A DNA stretch of 50,148 nt. It comes from Basidiobolus meristosporus CBS 931.73 (Eukaryota > Fungi > Basidiobolomycota). A model generated the notes under the pieces. It was given only the letters and a program-made list of their open reading frames with translations. It had not been told where the DNA came from and ran no database searches. The stretch spans positions 1 to 50,148 of the forward strand of contig MCFE01000644.1 in the NCBI GenBank assembly GCA_002104905.1. Direction: 5' to 3'. A program made the translations under genes and the position numbers. Below are positions 11,701 through 24,385 of the stretch, one piece after another. Numbering within the stretch: position 1 is the stretch's first letter; the number at the start of each line of letters is the position of its first letter.

Positions 11701-14700
11701 CGAGGGTGGCGTCACCGGAATGGACACCGGCGTTTTCAACGTGCTCACTGACGACGTGCATGATGAGCTTGCCATCCAAAGCGACGGCGTCCATCTCGAT
11801 TTCCTTGGCCTCCTCGATGTACTTGGAGATCACCACTGGGTAGTCACGGGACACCGCGGTGGCTTGGTTGAGGTAGTTGGACAAATCGTCGCTGGAGTAG
11901 ACCACGTTCATGGCGGCACCACTGAGAACGTAGGAAGGACGAACCAACACTGGGTAGCCAACGGTCTTACAGAAGTCATGTGCCTCATCCAAGCTGGTAA
12001 GCTCCTTCCAGAGTGGCTGATCAACGCCAATTTTGTCCAACATGCGGGAGAACTTGTAACGGTTCTCGGCGGTGTCGATCATCTCGGGGGAGGTTCCGAA
12101 GATCTTGACGCGTTGGCGATGCAGAGGAAGGGCGATGTTGTTGGGGGTTTGTCCACCCATGGCAAGTACGCACCCGCTGGAGTTCTCGATCTCGTAGATA
12201 TCCAACACTCTCTCGAGGTTGATGTTCTCGAAGTAGAGGCGGTCGGCTTCGTCGTAGTCCGTCGACACAGTCTCGGGGTTGTAGTTGACCATGATGGTCT
12301 TCAATCCTTGCTCGCGGATGGTACGAATGGCGCGAACAGCGCACCAATCGAATTCGACCGAGGAACCGATACGGTACACACCCGAACCCAACACCATGAC
12401 TCCCTTGTCCTCGAAGTCGATGTCGTGCTCAACCGCGTTGTAGGTCATGTACAGGTAGTTGGTGTAGGCGGGGAACTCGGCGGCGACGGTATCGATCTGC
12501 TTGACAAATGGTGTAACTCCGGCTTCGCAACGGAGCTTGCGGACGGCTAGCTCGTTACTACCGAGGCATCTGGCGATCTGACGATCACTGAAACCGAGCT
12601 GCTTGGAGCTGCGGATAAGGTTGGTGGACACGTTGTGGATGCCGAAATTGCACAGGGCTTGGTCCAGATCGACAATCTTCTTGAGCTTGTTGAGGAACCA
12701 TTTGTCGATCTTGGTGAGCTCCCAGATACGATCGACGGTGTAGCCGTTGTGAAGAGCGTTGGCGATGGCGAAGATACGTTGGTCAGTGGGGTTGACCAAC
12801 TCCTCGTCGATGTTCTCGACGAAGTCGTTGTTGGCGAATCCGATGAAGGCATACTCGACGGCACGAATGGCCTTTTGGATGGCTTCCTCGAAAGTTCTGC
12901 CGATAGACATCACCTCACCGACGGACTTCATGGAAGAACTGATCTTGGTGCTGACACGGTTGAACTTCTTGAGATCCCATCTGGGCATCTTCACGACAAC
13001 ATAATCCAATGATGGCTCGAAGCAGGCGATGGTCTTCTTGGTGACACTGTTCTTGATCTCGTTGAGAGGGATTCCGAGACCCAACTTGGCTGCAACGAAG
13101 GCAAGTGGGTAGCCGGTGGCCTTGGAGGCCAAAGCGGAACTTCTGGAAAGACGTGCGTTCACCTCGATAATGCAGTACTCCTTGGAGACGGGGTCGAGGG
13201 CGTATTGGATGTTACATTCACCAACGACACCAAGATGGCGGATGACATTGACCGCGGTGGTTCTAAGCATGTTGTAGTCCTCATCGGACAGGGTTTGAGA
13301 AGGAGCGATAACGATGGAATCACCGGTGTGGATGCCAAGGGGATCGAAGTTCTCCATGTTACAGACGGTGATGCAGTTGTCGCGGCAATCACGAACAACC
13401 TCGTACTCGATCTCCTTCCATCCCTTCATGGACTTCTCGATCAGCACTTGGGGACTGGCGGCGAATGCCTTGTTACACAGATCGATCAATTGCTCCTCGT
13501 TCTCGGCAAATCCAGAGCCGAGCCCTCCGAGGGCGTACGCGGCACGGACGATGACTGGGAAGCCGATATTCTTACCGGCGTCGATGGCCTCGGCCATGGA
13601 GGTGGCAGGGAAGGATTTGGCGCACTTCTCGTTGATTTCCAACATGGCCTGAGCAAAGAGCTCACGATCCTCGGTGGTGATGACGGTGTCGACCTGGGTA
13701 CCGAGCACCTTGACTCCAAGTCCCTCGAACTCATCCTTGAGCTTGATGCCAACGTTCAATGCGGTTTGACCACCGAAGGTGACGTAGATGCCGTCGGGCT
13801 TCTCGTGCTTGATCACCTTGCGAACGAACTCCGGGGTGACTGGAAGGAAGTACACCTTGTCAGCCAAACCCTTGGAAGTTTGGATGGTGGCGATGTTGGG
13901 GTTGATAAGGATGGTGTAGATCCCTTCCTCCTTCAACGCCTTGATGGCCTGAGAGCCGGAGTAATCGAACTCACCGGCTTGGCCGATACTCAAACCGCCA
14001 CTTCCAAGAACGAGGACCTTGCGAACACTGACTCGGGTATTAATGCGCTCGAGGGGAACGACATCGGTCAATCCAGGGAGCTGGACCTTGAGCAATTTCC
14101 CGGCATCGCTGCAAGCCTTGACGGTATCGATGAACACGTTGAATAGGTATTCGGTGTCGCGAGGACCGGGGGTAGACTCGGGATGGAACTGGACCGAGAA
14201 GATGGGGAGCTCGGTGTGGATGATACCTTCGTTGGAACCGTCGTTGGCGTTGACGAAGAATTCCTTGAAGCCCTCGGGGAGGGTGGTGGCATCAACGGCG
14301 TAACCGTGATTTTGAGAGGTGATGTAACAACGACCGGTGAACATGTCGGTACAGGGAATGTTGTGGCCACGGTTACCGTACTTCATCTTGATGGTCTTGG
14401 CTCCGGAAGCAAGAGCAGTCAACTGGTGACCCAAACAGATACCGAAGACCGGGGTACGAGGGTTCTTGAGATAGGTGCTGAGACGATCGATGGTCTCCTT
14501 GACCATGGTTGGGTCACCAGGACCGTTGGAAATGAAAAGGCCGTCGAACTCGGTGTCTTGAAGGAAGTCGTAATCCCAGGGGACAACCTTCAACTCAACA
14601 CCACGGTTGACGAAGCAACGGATTTGGTTGTACTTCATACCAACATCGAGAGCAAGAATGCGGATGGTCTTTCCGTCGGCCTTCTTGATGGCGGTGGCTT

Positions 14701-15511
14701 GTTGGGGAATGTAAAGCTCGGCTTTCTTGGTGGAGACCTCGGCAACCAAGTTGCGCTCGTTAGGGTCGACCCAGTCGACGTTTTGGTAATCCTTCATCCA
14801 GGGCTCCTCCAAAGTCTCGCTAGGGACCTGGATCCCGAGGGCGGCGTCTCTTTGGACGACCGACTTGGGGAAGAGCATCTTTCCGAGGAGAACACCCTGC
14901 TGACGGATCTTCTTTGTGAGGGCACGGGTGTCGATACCGTAGATGGCTGGGATGTCATGCTCCTTCAACCATTCGCCCAAAGAGGAGGTGGCCAGGTAGT
15001 GAGAATACTCATCGGTGTATTGTCCGACGACAAGACCGGCGACGTGGATCTCGTTGGACTCGAAGTACTTGGGCAAGTTGTTCAAGTGCTCCTCGACGGC
15101 CTCGCGGGAGGGGACACCGTAGTTACCGATCAATGGATAGGTAACAACAAGGATTTGTCCACGGTACGAGGGATCGGTCAAGGACTCGGGATAACCAACC
15201 ATACCTACGGTCGCGAATGGAATCGGGTTAGCGGTCGAACAGGCACAAATACATATAAAGCAATCGCTTTGCTACATACCAGTTTGGAAGACGCATTCGC
15301 CAGAAATGGAATGGGTCTCAGCACCGAAGGAGATACCTTGGAAGCTGGTGCCATCCTTGAGGTAAAGAGTGGCGATGACGGAGTCTTGCTCGTGGGAGGA
15401 GGGAGCGGTCACTGGAGGGCACGGCAGTCTGGGAGACATGGGCACGACGGGCTTCTCCTGGGAGACCATGAGGTTCTTGTTGATGATTTCGGTAGCGTTC
15501 TGGCCGGACAT
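8738..15511 (-). CDS. URA2: Multifunctional pyrimidine biosynthesis protein: glutamine amidotransferase + carbamoyl-phosphate synthetase + DHO-like domain + aspartate transcarbamylase, ~2230 aa
   Basis: Motifs [20 protein letters not shown]; duplicated CPS ATP-grasp; [18 protein letters not shown]. Intron at 15205-15279 (GTATGT...GCTAAC...TAG). Apparent +1 indel near 9933 and -1 indel near 9135. Confidence 0.97.
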
Positions 15512-16046
15512 GGTAGCAGCAGAGATATACGGATTAACTGATGTTCTTGTGGTTGATTTTTGGATTTTTTATCTACAGATGTGAATGTATAATATAACAA
15601 TGGCCAGAATATGAATGGATCTACGATGATAGTCCGTCAGAGATAAGGCGATAAAGTGACTGTCTTGCAAGGTGGAAATTGCAAAGTCTAAACCGATCGA
15701 GCAACTGACGTCCCGTATTTATATCCCCGCCGCACGCCGTCGACCATTTTTTTCCGGTGTACGACTAAGGGTTTCGACCAACCTAACCTCCCACACCCCA
15801 GTATCTCGAGCCCCAATACGTTATGCCCCTTCTATATCAGTGGAAGTAATCGGCAAAATCGTGTCGAGCCATTGGCTAAGCCTTTGTTACCCGTTCGCCT
15901 CGGACCAATGAAAAATTTTATCCCACCGTTGACCAGTAAGACCCCATGTAGGGTATGACCGTGGTGTGGCACCAAATTGCAGGGTTCCCCATGTCTACTA
16001 ATCTTATCTGAATCCGAGAAGCCGGTAAATCAAATAAATGAAAAAA

Positions 16047-16127
16047 GGCTCAGGTGTGATTCGAACTTGTCGCATTCAACAACTGAGCGTTCGCACCCGT
16101 CCGCGCTAGCACCTCAGCTATTAAGCT
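16047..16127 (-). tRNA. Degenerate tRNA-like sequence (probable pseudogene; long-variable-arm length)
   Basis: A-box-like TAGCTGAG, B-box GTTCGAATC, partly pairing acceptor stem (AGCTTAA/CTGAGCC) and a T6 terminator. The T and anticodon stems pair poorly, so the anticodon cannot be assigned. Confidence 0.35.
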
Positions 16128-18233
16128 TGACTTACTAGTAGGGAAATTAACTTGTACTTATTGTACTTCTCTCAGTAAACCTTGTTGTCGTAATGATAAG
16201 GGTATATTTCCGATTGCTTATCACCGGCATCAGAATTCCGTTTGCTCAAGCGCGATGCTGGATTTCAGAGTCTCGATTTACATGCTCTTGGGACTTGGGC
16301 AATTATTGTTTTGCCTTTATCTTCTCTACCTCAATCTTCATTATACTATAGGTGCAACCGCAGTATTTTTAGAAGCTACGCTAGGATCTAACGATTGTGA
16401 TACAAGATTATTACTGGTTAGGTTACGACGAACGACCATAATTATCGTAATTATTTCACATTTAGTCATAAGGGAAATGGGTTTGGTAGTGTAACGAAGA
16501 ATTCCTCAATCCAACAAATGTTCAAGTTACGAAGTATTAGTGTGTAACACCCCGGAACTACACCAAACCAACAGTATAGTCAGATAATTAGGATTTTCCT
16601 GGCACCCCAAACCAATTGGTAGATACGTGTGTTGAATTCTCCATTTGCTAATGATTATCGGATATCAAATCTAGGTATTTACCGCAGACGCTCCGAAGTG
16701 GGTAATATAGGTATCGAGACGATTCGGTCATCCGCTTCGATTTCGACCGGCTGTTTGTTTATCTCATCAGTTAGAAATCACCGCCACATGGTTGCCTAAT
16801 TTGTGGATCACATGACTGGCCCTTCGTTCACGCATAATTTAATCAAGAATGCATATTTCAATGTATGCAAGCTGTCGATTGAATCCATATGATGTTTTGA
16901 GGCACAATATGAATCATTTCCTGGATCCAACATAGCCATAATTCTCAACAACTTTCGGATATTTCAAGGTGCTGGGGGCTTCTTGATTGGCTTGGCCACT
17001 TGTCTATCATCCTATTATGGGGAGATGGCTCGGAAATTCCGAAATTTATGAGACACTGGTGAAGGCAGCGTCCAATAAATAGACAGCATTCCCAAGGCTC
17101 TTATCTCAATGGTATTGATTTGTTTGCACTAAGAATATGCCTGGATCCTATTCCACTTCATCTGGAAGAGCTCAGTGATTCCAGCGTTATGTTCATCAAT
17201 GACGATTTGCTACTGATATTATCGGATATGCATTTGTATGGTGAAATACTACAGACAATGTCCAAAATCGAAGAATCCATGCATTCACGATCAATATAAT
17301 TTTCTTTTACATTTACATTAGCTGAAGGGCGAGTTAATTGTCTTCCAGCTTTCTTCTGTTTCTCTTGACCCAGGTTTAACCGAAAGAAACTCGTTTTGGG
17401 AAGAAATTCGTTAGTCATATACTCAGATTTCATAGAGAAGTAGAAACTCTTTATTGAATTTTTCGAGTATTGCTTTAATCCCAGAAAAAGAACATAAACA
17501 TCAAGACGTTTCCGACGTTTTGCATGAGAAGCCTGGTTCTTTGACAAGTCAGATTTGGTCAAACTTCGGTTGAACATTTCCGATATTCGCTCCTTGCACG
17601 TCTACTTCACTCAAGTTTTCCTGGCAGTTGAGAATTTTTCGATTTACACTGAAACTTTCTCTTCTCAATACCTTGGTCTCGTTCTCTAAGCCTATTCTCT
17701 AGTTGTTTGGCTTACTGTAGTTTTTCTTTCTTTGCAGCTGAGTTGCCTAGCATTTTCTTAATTGATCCAGTCATTTTGTATATTTTTTCCGGTCCTTGAT
17801 TATATTATCCCTAAAGTCATATAGCCACCAACAAATCTTCGACACTTACACCTACTGCACTCAACTCTCAAGTAAGCCAGTGGTCAAATTTCTAGCAACA
17901 GAAGTCTAGTGTAAGTTTACTGTATCATAGGCTTTCTTACCGATTTCATTTTTCTCTCGTCTAGTTTTCATTTCTATAACTTCCTTTTTCACTCAAAAAG
18001 AGAAAAAAAACAAGAAAAAGGAAACAGCACATAGCAGTTCTGTACCAAAAAAAGCAAAACCAGTTAACGACAAAGCGCTATACTGTTAAACAAAACATCC
18101 TTATTACATCCCTTCCAAGAGTACATAGACTTGGTTTTTTGAATATTTCAGTGGTTTTCTACTTAGAGTTTCTTGTTGCCCTACCATATATTTATTTTAT
18201 TCTTCACCACCATCATTGATTCTATCGTTCGAC

Positions 18234-18980
18234 ATGGAGCTCAACGATTGGACCTTCACGCAAGATGATTTGGCCCATACTCCTTCCATACGGGACGGTT
18301 CCAGTTGGGAAAAAGAGCAGCGGCTACGACAAAAGGGGATTAGCTTTATTGTCAAAATCGGTCACAGTCTGCAGCTTCTGCCTACCACGATATACGCCGC
18401 GGGATTGTATTTTCATCGGTTTTATATGCGGCAAAGTTTCCGAGTATATCATCAGTACGATCTGGCTGGCACTAGTCTTTTTGTAGCCATCAAAGAGGAG
18501 GAGGATTTCAACAGCTACTACCCCGAAGAGATTGCCAGGCGACTCTCCCGACTGTTCCAAGAATGCACCCTAGTCTCGTTGAAATCCAATGATCGGCATA
18601 AAGTCGAGAACTTGACCGAAAATATTAGACGCTGGAAAGAAACGATATACTACCACGAAGAGATTCTTCTGGAGACGCTATGTTTCGATCTGCACCTGGA
18701 CCTGCCGCACAAATACCTTTTTGAAGCATTGAAGCGGTGTGGGGCTACGCAAAAGCACTCCTTGTTAGCAACCCGGATAGTCAGCGATTTCATACGGAGC
18801 CCGTTGTGTTTGCTGTATTCGTCGAAAGTCTTGGCCGGAGTGGCCATCTCTCAGAGTTGCCATTTGCTGCAGCATCCATTGACCGACCGACAAACATCAA
18901 AGCCCTGGCGGGAAGTGCTTGGTCTGGAACCGAAGTTGATCCAAGAGGCTGCAGAAACCTCCAGTCTAATAACGCTATGA
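18234..18980 (+). CDS. Transcriptional cyclin (cyclin T/K, Pch1/Bur2/Ctk2-like)
   Basis: WTFTQDDLAHTPSIRDG, YFHRFYMRQSF, SLFVAIKEEE, EEILLETLCFDLHLDLPHKYL. Confidence 0.85.
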   Translation: MELNDWTFTQDDLAHTPSIRDGSSWEKEQRLRQKGISFIVKIGHSLQLLPTTIYAAGLYFHRFYMRQSFRVYHQYDLAGTSLFVAIKEEEDFNSYYPEEIARRLSRLFQECTLVSLKSNDRHKVENLTENIRRWKETIYYHEEILLETLCFDLHLDLPHKYLFEALKRCGATQKHSLLATRIVSDFIRSPLCLLYSSKVLAGVAISQSCHLLQHPLTDRQTSKPWREVLGLEPKLIQEAAETSSLITL

Positions 18981-19559
18981 AAGATTATTTATCTATATAT
19001 CTTTCTATTCTTTCCTTTATTCCATCTAAAACTATAATGAGCCCCTCCTCTACTTTGTTACCCACACTTGCCTACAGCCTAAACCCACGTCTAAGCAATG
19101 CCCAATTATATCACCGCCCCTTCACTCGAACTTCATGGATTCCCGTAAACCACCCTCTCCTCCCGCCACGAACCTGCCCACAGAGGAAGAGCAGTCATCG
19201 ACATCACGATGCCGGTGCACTTAGGAAGGATGCGAAGGATGCGGCTCACATGCTCGCTATCTCATATCTTACGAATGGCGTCCGATCTCAGCAGCCACTC
19301 CCATCCCCCACAGCAGCCATAATTCGCTTTTTCCCCCACTTGCTCGTTTCGGACTCATCTTCGATGACACATCCACATACATACCCGCACTCGCGGGTAT
19401 CTATATACAGTGACATCGATAAGCATGTAAAATAACAAAGCTTTTAATAACATAGTCCGTTCTTACGTTGTGCAAAGTGAATCGACTGTCCACCTGATGC
19501 CATCTGGCGAGGGTCATCTGGATCGATCCATCTCGAGGACATCTCCCAGTGGTAGAGCA

Positions 19560-20420
19560 ATGGGCATGGACATGGTCTCTAGATGGACAGGCACCGCCCA
19601 GGGGGAACATGGCCGAGACATGAGTTGGTTGGGTGGGCAGCCTCCAGATACATCATCGAGTACATAAAAATAGATGATCAGGATCATTTTGATTCGTGGA
19701 TAGTTGCTTACAAATGTGCCGTTGATATTGATGGCAAAGTTCATCTCCAGATTCACCCATGGATTACGTTGTTCGGAGATGATCCGGAAGATGGTGCGAG
19801 TAATCATATGTGCGAATACCAAAGCCGGTCTTCGAACTGAGGCTAATTTTATCCTTCGAGGTACCAATGACCAGGTGGATGGTAAAGCCTCATAATTGGG
19901 CTGCACTGGTGATGTCGTCTTGGCACTCGCCAATTACCTCGGGCTGCATCGAATAGAACGATCATGGGCGGATTGGTTGGCAAGGCGGGCGGCCAATCGG
20001 CCCTCATGCACTTCCTGATGGCCGTGAGACATGATCGATCGGATGGTGTACAGTACAGGACTGAATGGGTGTGAATTAAGCAATCTTTTGCTTGGGATAA
20101 ATCGGCTTGGCCCAATGAAGTTCAAATAGGTGGTTATTGCGAGGGGGATTCCTCTTTTATTCAGGATTAATTAAGGATAGCTAATGGCTGGTATTTGACA
20201 TTGGTGGTACATCTATTTACAAGTACAAGTGTCTAGAGGTTTTCGAGTCTGGTGGCTAGCAGTCCTGTGTCTGCTCGAGCATTAGGCGGAGAAGAATGTA
20301 TCTATAGCGTACGGCCAGCTCCTGGTGGTAGAGCAATGACTCTGGGAGGTTAAGTTGTTCGGATTGACAGAGGTGCTTCATGGTGTGTACGGTAAGGATG
20401 GCAGTGTTTGTGTATGAGTT
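19560..20420 (-). pseudogene. RTA1-like multi-TM protein remnant (frame-broken)
   Basis: Fragments in different frames: YHQELAVRYRYILL, IQSCTV, RLAARLANQ, ITRTIFRII, IYFYVLD, HP. Their order matches RTA1-family TM motifs. Confidence 0.45.
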
Positions 20421-20889
20421 GTCCAGTGCACCGCACGCTATTTATACCCCTCTGCCCCCCTATGACATCATTCCGGTGGGTCTTTTGGCTTTAGTGCGTC
20501 ACAGTGGAGGTTAAGTGCGATTTAAGGATTCGAGCTATCTTTAGAATATGCCTGCAAGTGGCTAAAATGAATCCAATTGACTTCGCTGGACGATTGACGT
20601 CATCGGGCTCGACGAATCTAACCACTCCTGGCTGGTGCCCCACCACAAAAGTCTAGACATTGGTTTCCGAACCTGTGCCGACCTAAATTGGGTTAGTGAT
20701 CGAGGACCGAAAACATCGCGAATTGACCAACTTTTTTCATGCACTATGAGGTCATGGAGCCATCAGGACAGTGGGTGAGATGCTGAGGTGCGATACAGTG
20801 GTATCACTCACCAGAAGCCGGTTGGGTTTCTCGTTTTCCGAAGCTCAGGGCTTGGAGGGAGCGTATAAATATTTCCCCACCTAGATGAT

Positions 20890-21210
20890 ATCTCCACCAT
20901 ACTGCTTCCAAAATCCATGAACATCGGGCTCAACCTTCGCTTCCCGCTCCTCACCACCACAGTGGTGAACCCATCCGAACATGCGCTCAAGCCTCTGCAC
21001 GGCAAGGCGATGGACGATCAGTCAGCCGTCAGACAGTACCACCAGGGGCTTGCCCTTCAATATCGATACCTTCTACTTTCCATCATGATCCAGGCCACGG
21101 ATCCGGCTGTTGGGAAGGGGTTGTGAGTGTGAATCAAGGATTCCAGTGTACAGATGATCTTTTGAGCCTAATCCAGACGTGTAATATAGTTCTCATGATT
21201 CTCCAAAGAT
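20890..21210 (+). pseudogene. RTA1-like paralog remnant (5' part), divergent from the copy at 19560-20420
   Basis: YHQGLALQYRYLLLSIMIQATDPAVGK and LIQTCNIVLMILQ align with the minus-strand copy, with synonymous third-position differences. Confidence 0.45.
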
Positions 21211-21556
21211 ACCATTCCCCTTCCACACCCACCCAAATTGACCGCCCAGATCTTCGAGAGCAATCCAATGAAATTCGTTCCGAATAAATCCCCGCCACTC
21301 CCTTCCCCTTCCCTTCCCCTTTCGCTTTCCCTTCCCTCTCCTCACCCATCGCTCACCTCCCCCGACCCAGGGGGTAGGAAAGGGTGGGCAGGTCGGGGTT
21401 AGGAAATGGCGGTGAAACCGGGTCATTTGAACATCGATTTGTTTCATTCAGTTGATTGGGAATAGAAAAGCATCGAGTGGTGAGTATACATATTTACATG
21501 TCAGAGGGGTTCCCTCGCTGAAAGACTAAAATCCCGGGTGGTTTCGGTGGTCTAGC

Positions 21557-22560
21557 CTAATTTGGCCAGTCGCAGATGATCGCGTCCCCGAACGGTTTAC
21601 ATACGGTTCCTGGAGCGCACGAGGACTTGGTCCACTTTCCAAAGGTACACTAGGCGAAGGTGGTTTGATTCTCACCGACGCGGCGGTAGGCCCCATGCTG
21701 GCAAGGTTCCGTATGGGGGAAACAGACGAGGTAGGTTTCACAGTGGGAGTCACGCTCGCCGAAGATTGCATCGTTGTGGTGGGGGTTACTACATCAGTTG
21801 AGGATTCAGTCGCCGAAGTGACGGTGTCCGTAGGAGTGGCCTCACCAGTTGAAGACTCCGTAACGGTAGGCTTCGACGTACTCGCGGTGGTAGCCGTTGG
21901 ATTTTGAGTGGGAGCGGGAGTGTCAGTTGAGGTCTCCTCATCAACTGAAGAGCTGGTCACGGTAGGGGCAGTACTACTTTGCATTGAAGTCTCTACATCG
22001 GTGCTGGACGCAGTAGGAGTCTCTACGCCAGTGCTGATCTCAGTAGGAACTGGTGTCTCCGTGACAGTATCTGTGGGTGTCTCGGTAATACTTTCGGTAG
22101 GAGTTTCCACGTCAGTACTGGACTAGTTTCTGTTGTGGTATCCGTAACACTTCCAGTTGGGGTCTCAGGGGCAACAGTGTCTGTTGGAGTTTCTATACCA
22201 CTTTCAGTTGTGGTTTCAGTGGGAGGCAGTGTTTCTACATCAGTATCGCTCTCTGTAGGAGTTTCAACGTCAGTAGTAGTCTCAGCAGGTGCCTCTGTTT
22301 CGGTAGAATTATCGGTGGGAGGCTCAGCCGCAGTGGTGGTAGAGTCAGCCGGAGTCTCTGCATCCGTAGCAGTGTCAGTAGGTACTTCCGTGGCACCATC
22401 CGTAGTGGTATCGGTGGGGGCTGTAGTGTCTGTAGCACTATCAGTAGTTGCTTCGGGAGCGCTCTCAGTCGGTTCTTTATCCGTCGGAGTGGCAGTATCT
22501 GCTGGAGATTCTGAGCCTGTGAGTAGTATACCAGAAGTGTCACAAGACTTGCAACTTCAT
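21557..22560 (-). pseudogene. Ser/Thr/Pro-rich mucin-like stalk with a C-terminal CBM19-like chitin-binding module (frame-broken)
   Basis: Repeats of T(D/G)VETPT. An unannotated frame at 21557-21703 reads CQHGAYRRVGENQTTFA*CTFGKWTKSSCAPGTVCKPFGDAIICDWPN, with a TAG at 21650-21652. Confidence 0.6.
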
Positions 22561-23147
22561 CTTTATAAATGAGGCTTGTTTGTTCAATATTCCATGAAAG
22601 CCAATATGAGCGTTTTCATATCTTCGATGTGCTTCGTATCGTTTCCTTCTACGTAATACTCTCCATTTGCAGTGGCCTTTCCATTAATAGTATTCATTTC
22701 ATAGTGCATTCGACGTCGTAGGCCCTTGCCAGTGAATGGCCTCTGGAATTGGCTCAATCCTTTCTATTTTGTGTAGATTAAAGTTTGTGTTCACCAAGTA
22801 GTCATTAGCCAATCACTGCAAGTCCAACTTTGTCTTTCAAATCGGTACGGATTGAATCAGCTTAGAATACATCGGGATGATGATCTTAGGTGGATCGCAA
22901 TGCTAGCAGACATTCTCCTTTGGTATCATTGGATTGTGATATTAGCAGACATTCTTTAGTATCAATTCACCGCCGAAGTGAGGTTGACAGCTAATATCGC
23001 CATATTGCTCCAGTCTAGATATGAGGAGGGCGCATTTCCTGATTTGTCCGCAATCCTTTTGTAGTGTTTTAGGCTACCACGCTTAGTGACTGACAATTCC
23101 CCCAAAAGCTGAACTAGTGTAACCTTCGGAATTGAACTCACCGCTTT

Positions 23148-24385
23148 GTGAGTATATCTATCGACAGCAAGGACGCTCAAGTCTGTGTGAATATTACGAA
23201 TTTATTCAATAAGTCTCCGGGATGCTACAACCAACGGTTGAGGCGGATGGTTCATTGTGTGCGACCGGTATTTCTCGTCGGTCTTTGCTTCCCCAAAACC
23301 GACACGATTCTTATATACCAGGCAACTGCTGTGAGCGCGGATTCTGTCTATTCCTCTCTCACATCCTTGGCCCAAGTCGAGAAGATTCTCGCTGCAATGG
23401 GGCTGAAACAGAGCGCCATCCTTTACAACTTGAACATAGTGTCTAATGCTCTCTCTCTTTTTGGGTGCTTGTTTGTCATAATCAACTACCATTTGATCTA
23501 TCGTCGGTTTCTTATAACGCTTCGGACTCGATTAAAGTGCATCATACTTCACTGTTGTTACTCTCCATCAATAACGTTCTTCTGAGTGGTGGGGGCCTGG
23601 TTTACTCGTTACTAGATTGGAATGCAACCCGAACATTCTGTATTCTACAGGGTCTGCATATGACCTTCTTCAACCTCGCCAACTTTCTTTGGGGAGTATG
23701 CATATGCCTGAACGTGTGAGTGATTGACTCTGCTGTGTGACGCAACCAATGGTGTCTAACCCATTATCCTGTAGATATCTGATCCTTCTTCCTCCGGAAA
23801 AACTGGTCTTTTTACGTCGCAACCTCATCTACAAATTTGGCTTCTTCTCATTCGGCATCCCAGTCATCTTGATTATACCTCTTCTTGCTCGATTGAGCAG
23901 CATCGGAACGTTGGTCCGTGGTAGGGGCCCAGACTCGCTTACTGGTCGTCGACCATACTAATTGGTATCTGTTCAGGTGCTGGATAAAGGCAAATGACCT
24001 CCGCTGGGGTGTCTTCTACGGCTGGCTACTGTTTGCATTTCTGATGTATATATTTCTACTGAGCCTGATATTGGTGCATCTGTTCCGAATGAGAAATGCT
24101 GCCGGTAGGAAGGTCCATCACCCATACGAGAAGATGGTCAGTCGATATGCCCTCTACGTGGTAGCCTTCTTTGTTTGCTGGGGGCCAGGGGTGGTCAGTC
24201 GTGTGTTCGAGCTATCCAATCCCACCTTCCACAATTTCCCCCTTCTGGCTGTTCACACGTTTTTCAGCGTGTCCCTCTCATTCTGGTTGAGCTTGATATG
24301 GGGCTTCACCACCAGCCTAGCCCGAAGTGTACCAGATCATTTGGAAGCACGGGTGGTCCCACGTCACCCCCATACAACAGTTTGA
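23148..24385 (+). CDS. cAMP-receptor-like (CAR/Git3-type) 7-TM GPCR, with at least two frameshifts; start uncertain
   Basis: TM1 SLFGCLFVII, TM3 FCILQGLHMTFFNLANFLW, CWI motif, TM6 YVVAFFVCWGP. Intron at 23716-23774 (GTGAGT..CTAAC..TAG); a second probable intron ends at CAG near 23976. Confidence 0.7.

Noticed and set aside
9154-15541. Long plus-strand ORFs (452, 425, 313 and 285 aa, etc.) antisense to URA2
   Set aside because: Expected shadows of strong C-ending codon bias in URA2; no recognisable motifs.
15520-15720. Possible regulatory uORF (arginine-attenuator-like) upstream of URA2
   Set aside because: No ATG-initiated uORF and no AAP-like DYLSDHLW motif on the minus strand.
16600-17600. 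139-aa minus ORF (17158-17577) and neighbouring open stretches
   Set aside because: No motif recognised and stops in all frames nearby. It may be a decayed gene, but there is no evidence to name it.
21665-22572. Val/Ser/Gly-rich plus-strand ORFs
   Set aside because: Antisense reading of the Thr/Pro/Glu-rich stalk on the minus strand.
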